This document shows, piece after piece, positions 23,463 through 46,000 of a stretch of DNA of 64,000 nucleotides. Under the pieces are notes generated by a model. That model made no database searches and was not told where the DNA came from. It saw only the letters and a list, made by a program, of their open reading frames with translations. Location: positions 23,174,225 through 23,238,224 of the forward strand of contig CM120640.1 in the NCBI GenBank assembly GCA_051362555.1. The letters are read 5' to 3'. Source of the stretch: Lingula anatina. Lineage: Eukaryota > Animalia > Brachiopoda. Every line of letters starts with the position of its first letter. The stretch's first letter is position 1. Made by a program: the position numbers and the translations under genes.

Positions 23463-26400
23463 CTACAGCCGAATCCTGAAAGAACTGCAAGCAAAAGAAA
23501 AATATGAAATTACCTCAAATCACTCTAAATAATGTATAAACAGAAATATTAAAGTTTTTTTTGTTATGTAGGACACTTACAACAAATCATTACTTACTTA
23601 CAACAAATTACTTTCTGTTATGTAATAACAACTACTAGATTTATTTTAATTCTTAAAAGTTATTAATACAGCCTCAGTTTATCAATAGAATAATCAAATC
23701 TGCATTTTCAATACTGTATAAATAATTTACATTTGCAAAACAAATGATAAGCAAGCAAACTACATATAGGCAAATGTCCACTCTCCTTTCACCACCACGC
23801 AGTAAGGGACTTAACAGATGGATTAACAGAGGCCAAACATTGTGAATAACTTTCACAGAAAACTAATGTTTCTATATATGTGTCATTAGGTTTGACTGTG
23901 ATCTGACTCTTCACTTCATTCTCTGCAATAAATAAAATCAGTAAAAAGCCCAGATGAGTGAGGAAAATGTGTTGCAAAGAGTCACAATCTATTTCATATA
24001 ACAGAAACAATAAAAAGCAAGTGTTTACTAAGGCAGCACACTATGAGCATTATAAATAATGCATAAAATGTTAATCATAAATAAGGTAATCAAAGAAAAA
24101 GCCAGTGTTTCAATTACAAAACCACTAGTGATGGAGAGAATAAGTTTAGGAAAATTGTCAAACAAAAACTGTGTCAAGTAGCAGAACATGCTTCCATAAA
24201 AGAATTGATTGTGCGCAATATAAAATGCAGAAAACAATATGCAAACATTAACTTCCATGCAAATACCAAATTGAGATAAAAAAAAACATTAAAGACATAA
24301 TACCAAAAGATAAAACCCATGCAAAAACAAAAACAGTTAAAAAGTGCTTGCCACAGTTAAAACCAAAATCCAAACCAATGTGTGCAATTGTTTATCACGA
24401 GACAAGTCTTACTTTGTGAAGTCGGGAGCTTTAGACATGACATGTTCAAATTCAGCATATGACAAGTTTTCGTCTCCATCTAGATCTACCTCACTGAATA
24501 TCTGCAGTAGCGACAGAACAGAAATGCAAAAGAGAACAAAGATTTACACAATGAACTAAAAGCACCCATGTAAATGCCAGTCGCAAATACATGCAAAAAG
24601 CCCAAGCTGTATGAAAATCTGTCAAATCAAATCAATTCCTGCTAGCACCAAAACAAATACACTGAATGCCCATTACATATGATAAAATAATATGAAGCTG
24701 CCCTGTAACTGAAGCCTGTAAATAAAACATGCTTAGTAACATGTGTTGTCAGGATTGTGTACATCGAAGAGATGTAATGATATACTGTCCTGTATATACA
24801 AGATATATGCAGTTTTTTGTAGGAAAAAATGCCCAAAATTGACTTCAAGTGTTGAAGAAATACAATTTTCAGTACACTAATCGTGACAGCAATGTACTTG
24901 ATAAGCGTAAGAAACATGGCAGCAAAGCTGTCAAATGGACAGACATATTAATGAAAAAAATTGTTCAAACGGTAAAATTATGGACAACCAAATTAAAAGG
25001 GAAAGGGCACAAAAAGTGTTAATGATGCAAGACCCATAGGAATGAGAAAAAACGAGAAAGAAAATTTTTTTCATAACTAAAAGAAAAATAATAAATAATC
25101 CAATCAGGCTGGCATTCAAATTAAACTGCATTTTAGTCCTATGGATCATTTTTGTAAATTTGAGAACAATTATTCTTTAACTGTGTTATTAAATAAAAAA
25201 TTCAAGGAAAGAGTGCAAACACAGCAATGTGAGAGATACTGGTGATAATATTATGTACAGACACATTGTGTCTGTCCACAATAAATCCATGCCTAAAGAT
25301 TTTCAGCACAACCCAGCAGTCTTACTTGGTGAATTCTGGAGCTTTGGACACGAGGTGGTCAAATTCAGGAAATGATAATTTTTTATCTCCATCTATATCT
25401 ATTGCTCTGAACATCTACAGTAGCAACAGAAGAGAAATGCAAGAGGTGTTACAGAAAAACAACACCTACACAATGAACTAGAAGCACCCTTTGTAAATGC
25501 AGATGGTTAAATTATATGCATATACAACTGAATAATATCAACTCCTGCTAACATCAAAGCAAGAACAATGAATGCTCATTCTATATGACAGAATAATAAT
25601 AAGCTGCCCAGCAAATGAGACTTTGAAATAAATGCTTAGTAATATGTTGTCAGGATTGTGTGCACTGAACCAGTGGGATGACTTGCATATAAACTATAGT
25701 GCCAAATAGTATATAGGCAATACATAGCTTTTTTTGCTTGTTTTAAAGAGAAAAAGCTACTTGAAATGTCAGATTCACTTTTCAGTATGCATGACAGCAA
25801 TGTACTCATACAGCATAAAAAACAAGGCAGCAAGGCTCTCAAATGTACAGACATATAACTGTCAAAAGAAGCAGTGACATATAACAGTCTGAAAGTATGA
25901 ATCATGCACTACTTTTATTGTGGAGATTCAGACACAGTGTAAGACTCATGGGAATTCAAAGCCACACCTAGAAAGTGTCAATTTGTAAAAAAAAATGAAA
26001 AACTTTAAAAGTTTGGGAAAAATAATCCACCCTTTTTTAAAATTTGAGCTGCATTTTGGTCCTATGAATCATTTCTTTTGGTTTGAAACTAACAAGTAAC
26101 AATTTTCCTTTATTGTGTTGTGAGGAAAATACATTGCTGAGAAATGCACAATTTGGAAAGTGCACAGTGATGAAGGCAAAGGATACAGGTGATGGCTATG
26201 TATGTCCAGACACACTGTGTCTGTCCATAAAGAGCAATGATCAAAAGCATTCAAGCAAAACTATTGCAGTAGAGGTGGGGGGAGAGAAGCTATAATCTTG
26301 TTATTGGACCATACTCATTCTAGTGCTTACTTGACGAAATCAGGTGCTTTAGATATCACATGCTCAAACTCAGCAAAAGACAAACTGTCATCATCATCCA

Positions 26401-29400
26401 AATCTGCTTCTTCAAAGATCTGTTAGAAAATAACACAAGAGAAAAGCTGATTGAAATTATAAATCAACCATGCAACCATGTCTGTGAATAGAACCTTTCC
26501 CAAAGATACCAGTACAGGGAGTCCAAATGGGGCAAAAATAATGTTAACACAATTTCTATGGGAGTCTAACAACGCCAGAATGCTGTGCATGTGAAGGGGT
26601 GGGTGGATAACAAATGCAAATGTGTGTGTGCGTGTGTGTGTGCGTGTGTGATAGTACTTTGCCTCTTTTAAAACAAAATAATTTTTGAAGTGTCTGACAA
26701 AGTGAAAACAAGCCTAGCAATAATGATAGGAAGGCAGCATATTGGCAATAATTGAGAGGAGTAGCCGATAAGCCTTGCTCAACTCTGCACTGGGGATAAC
26801 TGATTGTTACATGTTCTAGCATCTGGAATATGAAAACATTTGCACAGTTATTAGAAGAGCAAAAAATCACAGCAGCAGCCACAGATGCAAGTCAGCAATA
26901 TGTTTTCCTGTTCACCTTCATTTTAAGCTATTCAATCTTCAAAAAGTACTTTTCATGTACTTTCACACAACTGGGTATGGATCAAATAATCAGGATACAT
27001 TAAAATACTTTCTGAGAAATATCCAATTTGTCCCCATGTCCCAACAATTTAAGCAGTCATATCTGCAAAATTTTGCAAGCCATCCACCAGTATTCACAAT
27101 TGTCAAAATGTGTGTGTGTGTGTGTGTGTGTGTGGTGGGGGGGGGGGGGGGGGGGGATATTCTGAAGAAATTGGTAATTCAAATGGCTGCTGTATAGGTC
27201 TCTGGCACAGAAAGCCCTGGCAAGAACGTACAGCAACTTGTCATGCTGAAATGCTCCACAATGAAGGAAAAACACTGCCTTTTATTTGACATGCTTTACA
27301 ATTCATCATGAAACTCTTATTAAGTGATGGTGCAAGTTTGACAAATTCTCTCTTTTGTATTAGTCAAGAATGAGCATCACACTTAATCCTGTCTGAAACT
27401 GAATAATAATAAAGATCCACAAAATATTTAATGTTTAAATAACATTATGTTCATCAAAAGTATGAAATGTCACCCCATCAAATTCAGCAAATGTTCACAC
27501 AGTAAAAAAATTAATATACAATTATCTTATTAATAAGTTATACTAAATGTCTTGCTTCGTTCAGTCTGAATGAACATGTAAAACCAAGAGCACACACAAA
27601 ACCTTATGTGATATACCATTTATATTCAAATATGTTTAAATTCAACATTTTTCTAACTGTAAGAAAGATGGCACAATACACCACAAGAACTTAATTTAAA
27701 AAGATTACAGAATTGAGGGCAATAAATGGCTCCTTTTTTTATATAATTCAAATTTTTACTCTTTCATCCACATCTGACACCTCAAATTACTGCAAGAGTA
27801 CCCACAGAAGGTCCTACCCCTAACTTACATTATCAATGAGCTGCTGCATGTCCTCTTCACCAAGCCTCTGATCTCCTGTCAGTCTGTCTATCACCTCTTT
27901 TAGGTCATTGCTACTGATCATGTCATCTTCATCAAAATCTGAAATACAGTGCTCATGGAAAGCTATTGGTAATAACTTAAACATTAAAAAATACTCATTG
28001 GCTGACATTTAATGCTCTCCAGTAAATTTTTGTTCATCTGACAACTAGGACATGGCACGGCATATTATACAGTATCACATAAATTCAAAAATTTAATATG
28101 ATTTGTCAAGTTGTGAAGAGGATGTACATTCCTCAGTTTTTACACATAAAAACTAACAGTTTAATACATTCTACATTAACCGTACATATGCTGTTATGCT
28201 ACTTTATTTATTCATTTGTAACACTAAAACCTAAAACTAAAATATGTGAGCTTTTTTCACTTTATCACTCACCATATATCCTGAAAGCATATTCCACTTT
28301 GACATTCTTTGGTGCATTATCACTGAACACTGACATCATATCTAAGAAGTCTTCAAATGACATGCTGCCATCACCACTCGAGGAAAATACCTTACATATC
28401 CGATCTTTGAAAGGATTTACCTAAAATAAAAAATTCTTTTCCAGGAACATTTGTAGTGTAAAATAAGTTGCAAAATTAACTATAAAAGTGCAAAATTGGC
28501 ACAGATGTACAGGGCTTGTCCACAAATTGTGCTGCAAAACAAAAATGGGAACAAAAAAAAATGTCTGTTCAACAAGTTCAGCTGGTGTGAATTTATTCAT
28601 CTGCATCAATTTAACTCTTGTTAATTCTTACCCTTAGTTCTGGTAACATCATGATTTTATCTTGTGGTAGCGTGGCATTTTTGTCCACTTCAACCAAGTC
28701 TGGGGCCAGCTGTGTGAACCTCTTGTGTACACTAGATACAAATTTAAATTTATAAATCACCAGAATTTATCACACACCCAATCTGTACAGAAATATTTAT
28801 TTTGTCATATAGATTTAAATGTCTTAAATCAACCCTGAATGATAATTCCTAATAAAGTATAAAATAAATATTTCGAAGATAATTGGTTAAAAATTTTATT
28901 AATGCTGTAATGCATTTAAAGTTTATTTATTTGGATAGATTCTTTACAAGTTTGAAAAATTAACTGAATATCTATCATGTATGAACTTTACATCTTCTTT
29001 TAAATGTTGATAAAAAGCATAAAAATAATTATAGAGAAAAACCAATGAGTAATCATCATTTTTAAAAGATAGAGGAAAGAGCTGACCAGTTCAATATCTT
29101 GTCATGTCCTCCAAAAATACTCATATAATGTAACCCAATAAAAATGTTTTCAATGTATATCATATATACAAAGATTTGCAATCAAATGTCTTAAAGACAT
29201 TGATATAAATTAACTTACTGTAAAATTTCCTTTTTTGTGAAGTATGTCAGCTCCTGAAAAACAAAAAGACACAATAAGGTCTAAGATTTTCACAAATGTG
29301 ATCAGATTAACCATTTATGAAACTGTGGCTCATGGATATTACATGGACCTTGAGCACTCAGCTGGCTTATTCTGACATAAAGATAGCAGGAAAGCAAAAA

Positions 29401-30389
29401 CATTCTGAGGGTAATATTATGTGCAAGATGAGGCAAACTACAAAAGCAAAAACTAAATATAAATTGCATATAAATACTTGTTTCCTTAAAAAGCATATAT
29501 TCTCCATTTTTTAAAAAGAATCATTGACTGAGTAAACCACTTTCAATCTGGAAAGCAGGGGCTGGTGTACGTGATGGTGAATACAAAAGTGGCAGAAAAG
29601 TTTACTAATGACTATATTTTCAGTAATGTTTCAGAGCTTATTCCAATTGAAACTATCCCTCTACATAGATCAATCCAACTCGACAAGGACTCTCGCTTAA
29701 TGCAATCAGTTTAACCAACTGTTGCAACTCCTTGGTTTAACAGATTAACACGCCTTCTCCTGGTGATGAGTAAAATACAGAAAAGTTAATGACTATACCA
29801 GTACCTTAATTGGAATCTAGCACTCCTATTGAAGATTCTGATATGTACTGGTTAGCACAGCCAGAACGTATCAGAATCGTCAATAGGAGTGCTAACACAT
29901 GAATTTTCGTGCTACTTGGAAACAAGAGGCATGTTAATCTCTCAATTTGATTGCATTCAGCTAGAGTCCCCAAGGAGTTGGATCGATCTACGCAGACTGA
30001 TAGTTTCAAATCGATGGGAATGAGCCCTTATAGATTCATCACTAACCGATCAAAGTGGTGACCAAGCAATTTCTTATTCTACCTAAACACACTTATGATA
30101 ATATGAATATAACAGGATAAATTAAATGTCTTGGATTATTTTCATTTGTTTTGGTTACTTGCCAATTGCATTGTAATTTATCTTTTGTAATTGTCAACAA
30201 GCAGCCATTACACCTGTCACCTGTGGAATCCAAACCCGTTTTGAAGCGGTTTCAACGCCTTTTTTGCTATATATATTAGGAACGCAAAGAAAAAAGTTTA
30301 TCTTATTGAATAAAAGCAGTTATAATACATTACACTACCTGATAGTCTTCAAGTTCTTGTTCATCGAACTTGCTGTCGGAGCCTCCCAT
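23463..30389 (-). CDS. CIB1: Calcium- and integrin-binding protein (CIB1/CIB4-like), 184 aa, with three alternative copies of exon 6
   Basis: Exons 30389-30339 ([17 protein letters not shown], myristoylation-type Gly2), 29253-29219, 28731-28632, 28420-28273 ([33 protein letters not shown]), 27938-27829 ([11 protein letters not shown]3), one 89-nt exon 6, and 23484-23463 (NSFRIRL*). Total 555 nt in frame. Orthology to CIB1 versus CIB4 is not resolved. Confidence 0.92.
24413..24501 (-). CDS. CIB1: CIB exon 6c (alternative EF-hand 4)
   Basis: ctgcag|[29 protein letters not shown]|gtaaga; 89 nt, phase 0-2, no stop codons. Confidence 0.8.
25326..25414 (-). CDS. CIB1: CIB exon 6b (alternative EF-hand 4, most divergent variant)
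   Basis: ctgtag|[29 protein letters not shown]|gtaaga; 89 nt, phase 0-2, no stop codons. Confidence 0.75.
26331..26419 (-). CDS. CIB1: CIB exon 6a (EF-hand 4, most acidic variant)
   Basis: taacag|[29 protein letters not shown]|gtaagc; 89 nt, phase 0-2. Confidence 0.9.
29634..30027. mobile_element. MITE with long degenerate terminal inverted repeats (PIF/Harbinger-like ends) in CIB intron 1
   Basis: gagcttattcc..ttgaaactatc..tagatcaatccaactc..ggactct.gct.aatgcaatca (29634-~29708) is the reverse complement of tgattgcattcagctagagtcc..gagttggatcgatcta..gatagtttcaa..ggaatgagccc (~29948-30027). Flanks are tca / tta. A related fragment lies at ~42960-43050. Confidence 0.7.
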
Positions 30390-30399
30390 TTTGAGAGTG

Positions 30400-30720
30400 T
30401 GTCCGTGGCCTACTTCTTGCCTTAGTTTACCTTGTCGACTGACGTCATTACTCCCAAAACATGCCAGATGGCGGATTTTACAAGATAAGAAAAGTTCAAT
30501 TGTGAACGTTCCTGGATACTGTATTCGTAGGGTGCAGAGTAAAATGACAATACATTAGTTGATCTACTTGAAACTTTTTCAAACAGTCGGACCGATAATA
30601 TTTTAGAATAATAGGGATTTCTAAGATATTTTGTGCAATAAACACTCGGTTTACCTTGTATTGCTATTAAAGCGCCACCTAGAGCTATCATCTGATTCCT
30701 CTGGAGAGTGAGTAAGTCTC
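30400..30720. promoter_or_regulatory. Bidirectional CIB/VPS28 promoter with CRE, YY1-like and CTCF-like motifs
   Basis: The CIB ATG (30389, minus) and VPS28 ATG (30816, plus) are 427 bp apart. TGACGTCA at 30440-30447; AGATGGCGG at 30466-30474; agcgccacctagagc at 30671-30685 (minus strand GCTCTAGGTGGCGCT, CTCF core-like); VPS28 5'UTR exon donor gtgagt/gtaagt at 30708/30712. Confidence 0.65.
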
Positions 30721-30815
30721 CCTAAATAAAAATAGGATGTGTCAAAGTTAGGGACACATCATTTTATACTAAAACGTTTATAGCAAGTTTAGGGAAAGGG
30801 GAATAAGAAGACACC

Positions 30816-41449
<10,634 letters not shown>

Positions 41450-42781
41450 ACTGGAAATGTGGAGGACACAGGGACAGTAGACTAAACAGTTACTGGAGGA
41501 ATTTTTCCAGAGGACATCACATGGTGGGATAACTAGGCTCACTCTAGCATTCAGAGTGTTCATCAAAAGCTTAAGATGATGAGAGAAAATTTTTTCTTCT
41601 AACTTTGGTGTTTTTTACTTACTTTTAAATTATTTGTTACAAGTTTTTATTTTTTGTTTTTTATTTTATTTTATTATTATTTTTTTTTTTTTTGGTATTT
41701 GAACTGAAATGAAAAAATACGCTAGAGTGAGCCCTGGAAATAGCATGATATCTTGAAGCATGATATTTAAATATTTTCATTTCATCATTATTTTGAATCA
41801 GCAGTGCTATTAACATTTCATGGACATCCAAGACAAAGGACACTTGTATCATGATTATACATACTTTTTATTTAAATATTACATCCGATGTATCAGCTGC
41901 AATAAGATTATGATAATGATGTGGTGTAATATATATTTTAAGATCACTGATGGATCTAATTATGAAATGTGCCACATACCCTCGTGTTGTATAAAACATA
42001 ACTGTGTGGAATGACTAGGCGTCTAGACATGAAGGAAATACCATTGAATTCTTTATTGCTTGTGATGGTAAAGCTGCAGGCAGAATATAGTGCACACATT
42101 AACCCCTTCCTGCAGTTAGAACATCATTGTAGAATCATTAAAACATTTTTTTGAAATTTTAACTAAAAATTTTTTTGATACAATATGAGGTATCTGAAAT
42201 TATGAAGAAATGCCATTGAACATTTCAGTTGGTGACATTTTAATTGCAGTTGTCATTTATTTATTTACTTTTTATTTATCCTGTCTTTAACATGGAATTA
42301 ATCATTTAGAACAATAGTTGAAATGCTTGGAATTACTACAAACCATTTTAACCACATTGGTTATATATATCAATTGAGTTCAATTGTCTCCTGTCCATAA
42401 TATGTACATATGTTGAAATTATTTTAATATATTATGTGCTATATATGATGACACGAGTACTTATTGTTGTATTTTATTAATAATGAAATGGCATCCAACC
42501 CAGAAGAAGGCTGAATCCTCTTTTTTCTCTCTTAGTTATGTTGTTCCAGTTGATGCTGGTAACTAGTCTACTAGATAACTTGGTAATACATTTAAATGCT
42601 TTAGAACTGAAATTCCTATATATCACCCTGAGCTTGTATATTCAAGTAATTTATAAATATGCAGAACCTGTATAAAAATGGGTTGTAGTACCAGTACAAG
42701 TGTAATCCAGTGCATCATTGTCGTATAATGAAATCTGTGAATGTTTATTAATTCCCCCTTTAAATGTTAATTGTAAAATGA

Positions 42782-42787
42782 AATAAA
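42782..42787 (+). terminator. Candidate VPS28 polyadenylation signal
   Basis: AATAAA followed by U/GU-rich sequence (ttttgtgttc), 1.3 kb after the stop codon. Confidence 0.4.
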
Positions 42788-42959
42788 CATTGGATTTTGT
42801 GTTCAAATGAATATGAGACTTTTTGTTCTCAAAATTTGTCTAATGAGGAGGGGAATATCAAAAAAAAAAAAATTCTATTCAGATAGGAGATAAAAAATGA
42901 TCATTATGTATAAAGCAGTTGCAGAATTTGGACATACTCATATACGTCCTCATATGATC

Positions 42960-43050
42960 ACCAGTTTTCTATATTCTACTCAACACCAGGAGGAAGCATA
43001 TTAGTCAGTTTATCTGATTGCATTCAGCAGGAGTCCTTTTGGAGTTGGTG
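42960..43050. mobile_element. Fragment of the same repeat family as the 29.6-30.0 kb MITE
   Basis: Its reverse complement, ccaactcc..ggactcctgctgaatgcaatcag..tcctggtgttgagtagaatatagaaaa, matches ~29675-29790. Confidence 0.6.
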
Positions 43051-46000
43051 CACATAAGAGAGTAAACCCCCCTCTCTACTTAAAAGTAAGGACCTCACAA
43101 AGTGCACCACTTGAAATAAAAAGGACCTAATGCACTATTCCATCTTCATCGGCCAAGTCTCTGTGCACTTCTGGGATGCCCATTAGCACCTCCATTATGA
43201 GTCTCTAGACGGTCTCCCTTGATGACCCCCTTGAGCTTTGGGGGGGGGGGGGGAGAGAGATCAGGTGAAGAAGGTTGTTTCAATCTGCTGTTTTTTTTTA
43301 GCAAGGAACTGCTAGATGCTGAGCACAATGAGAGCAGGTGCATTGTTGTGCATTATGGCAAATGTAAACTAAAGCATGTGAAAAAAATATTTCCAGAAAG
43401 ATTAAAGTACTGTTATTTGTTCCCAAGATAATCATGTTCGATGATAATTTGATTGGCTGCATTTGACTCCTGCTAGAGTCCTTCTATTTTTCAGACATAC
43501 TTCCTATGATATATAGCGCAAAATTTTATAAGTTTATTATGGATATTGTTACTGTTCTCCATCTTCTCTTACAAGTTATGCAGAATTATTGAAAAATGCA
43601 GATTAATTATGAAACACTAATGTTGTGCTGTCTATGCCAAGAAAAGATTTGCATGGATTTTTTAAAAATATTTTTCTTTGTGAAAAAATGAGTTTCATCA
43701 GTTTCAGACTGTTTTATTGGCAGTTGAATTTTAGCATTTATTATTAATAAGGTCAACTAATTTCCACCAAATAAGGCAACAGCTGTATTTAAACATATTA
43801 AGCCAAGTCCATTGGATGTCACATTACACACAAAAAAAATGCACTAACATTCCATTTAAGTTGTGGTTAAACATTCCGTTGTTGATTTTTTTAATGTTGA
43901 CTAACGTAAGTCAGTATGTTCCAAGTGGTTTTTAAACAGCACCATCATGTCTAGAAATTTAGATTTTGGTGAAATATATCTTTGTGTTGAAAAGGTCTAT
44001 ATGTCAGCAAGTGCTGGGGGACAGATGGCAAGGGCCTCAGAGATTACCTGTTTGAAATTCGTGTCAGGCAAGAGGAAGAAAAATTGTCTGCTAATGTCTT
44101 TGTAGCAGACAGAATTTATCATCTGTGTTTAAGGGCTAAGCTGAGAGCACTGATAGAGGTTGGGGAGGTGAACCGGAGTTCTTGATGTGAAAACCCATTG
44201 TGAATGATGCATATCTTTTGTTGCAGGGGAGATCAATTAGTGGTGATTTTAGAGTGCGTATGTGGTATGTGTCTACGTAAGTTTTATTGGCTTGCAAATG
44301 AAAAATTGTCACATGAATGCTCTGACATTTGTAAATCTAAATTATGCATCATTCCACTCTTTGGGATTTTTAACAGAGAACTTAATGGGCTGACATGGAG
44401 AAAATCACAGTAACTGTGAAGCTCACTGTAGTTTGCAAGGGGATGACAATGCTGTACACTGTACTGTTTCTACACATGTATCATCATCAATGAGATCAGG
44501 AAGGCGAGGGGGTCTAGCTCTGAACCTTGAACCGTTTGCATGTTCAGCAAGGTCCAGGATTTCTAGTTCTCCATCATCTGTCTATGACTGCATATTTACA
44601 TACGCGATAAAATCGCAGTTACCTTCTTTAGAAGTGTGATGTTCCCCTTATGGTATCCTCTGCAACATTAAGTCCCTGAGTGCCGATGTTAACAAAAGAT
44701 ATGGTGGTAATGCGGTGAAAGGTCCGCACCCATTGAATAACAGACACAATGACTACTTATACTTTAACTATGCATGCAATATTTCAATATAAAATTTTCA
44801 AAATTCAGTCTGGCAAGTGATATTTTGCTGAATTTCACTTCTAGTTTGGAAGCACCCATTAGATGATACAAGTGATTTTTTAGGTGCATGCAGTATTAAT
44901 TGGGACAAAAAAGGAGAATTAACGTACCCTTTTAGACCCCCCTCCCCACCTCTTTAAATCTTTACAAAATATATGCACAATCAACTTAACAAGTTTAATA
45001 TTATTGTACATAACCAACAGAGCTGCACCATGCAAGCATGTTAACTTTTTTTTAAAAATTGCAGTTTGTTATTATATGTTGACAAATATTAATGTTTAGT
45101 ATCTAAAGAAATAGTGTTTAAAAGAAAAGGTTAAATTTTAACATTCGAATTGTGCAGGAGAAGTAGCTTTTTACCCTTTGCAATCAATTGTTGCAGTGCA
45201 GCAGAGAACAAACTCAAAAGCAGATGGTCCATTATTTAATCCACTGTGGTTGTCCCCGAAAATCTGCATACATTTTTCATGACTGCACTGAGACACTGAC
45301 ACCCACCGTGCCAATCTAAGATGCCATTTGTTTTCCTTGCTGTCCATCATAGCTCCACTGATGAGTTTTTGATACCAGAAGTCCTCATTGTTGTGGTGAA
45401 AAGAGCACATTGGGGGCTCTTGTGAACATTTTGATTTTTAGCCCTTCCTAAAAACTTGTTTTGAAAAGATTTGGTTAGAAACAAACAGTTGCATAGCATT
45501 GAGACAGCATGTCAAGTTGATATATTTCTGTTGTAATATTTGGTCCATTTTTATATTATTTTTATTTTAGTAAACTTAATTGTTAGTAAAATTCATCTGG
45601 CAAGTCACTAATGGTGTTGTTATTTGTTGTAGTGAATATAAGGGAGAAATGGGCACCAAGTAAGTGAAATTTAATTGTCTCCTTGCATGACCGACAAGTT
45701 AGAATAGCTAAGAATGAGAGGCATCTGGGACATTCAACCCAAGGCACAGAAGTTTCAAAGCTTTTTAGCATCTTAATGGATGATAATAATAAAGTAATAA
45801 TTTTTAAAAAATTTTATTAGACTTATCAGTTTTGTTTTATTTTATTTCATCTGCAGTGGGGTCCATCTTCAGTAAGTTTTTATTGATAAAGCTTACGTCT
45901 TCTATAATGTCTCCTTTAAGAATCAAAATGCTACATATGTACTAAAATTGCCCTGATCTAGTCTTTTATCCAAAAATTCATTGTAGTTCCCCCACCCCAC

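Larger units (their letters stand above)
24400..26240. repeat. Diverged ~0.92-kb tandem duplication (exon 6c + its upstream intron vs exon 6b + its upstream intron)
   Basis: Colinear matches: cagtagcgacagaacagaaatgcaa / cagtagcaacagaagagaaatgcaa; acacaatgaacta-aagcaccc; gcttagtaa..tgttgtcaggattgtgt; tgacagcaatgtact; ctgcatttt.gtcctatg.atcattt; cagacaca.tgtgtctgtcca. Confidence 0.9.

Noticed and set aside
26556-26823. In-frame alternative CIB terminal exon (ttccag|[19 protein letters not shown]..)
   Set aside because: It has no EF-hand homology and runs through a (CA)n microsatellite, so it is probably a chance ORF.
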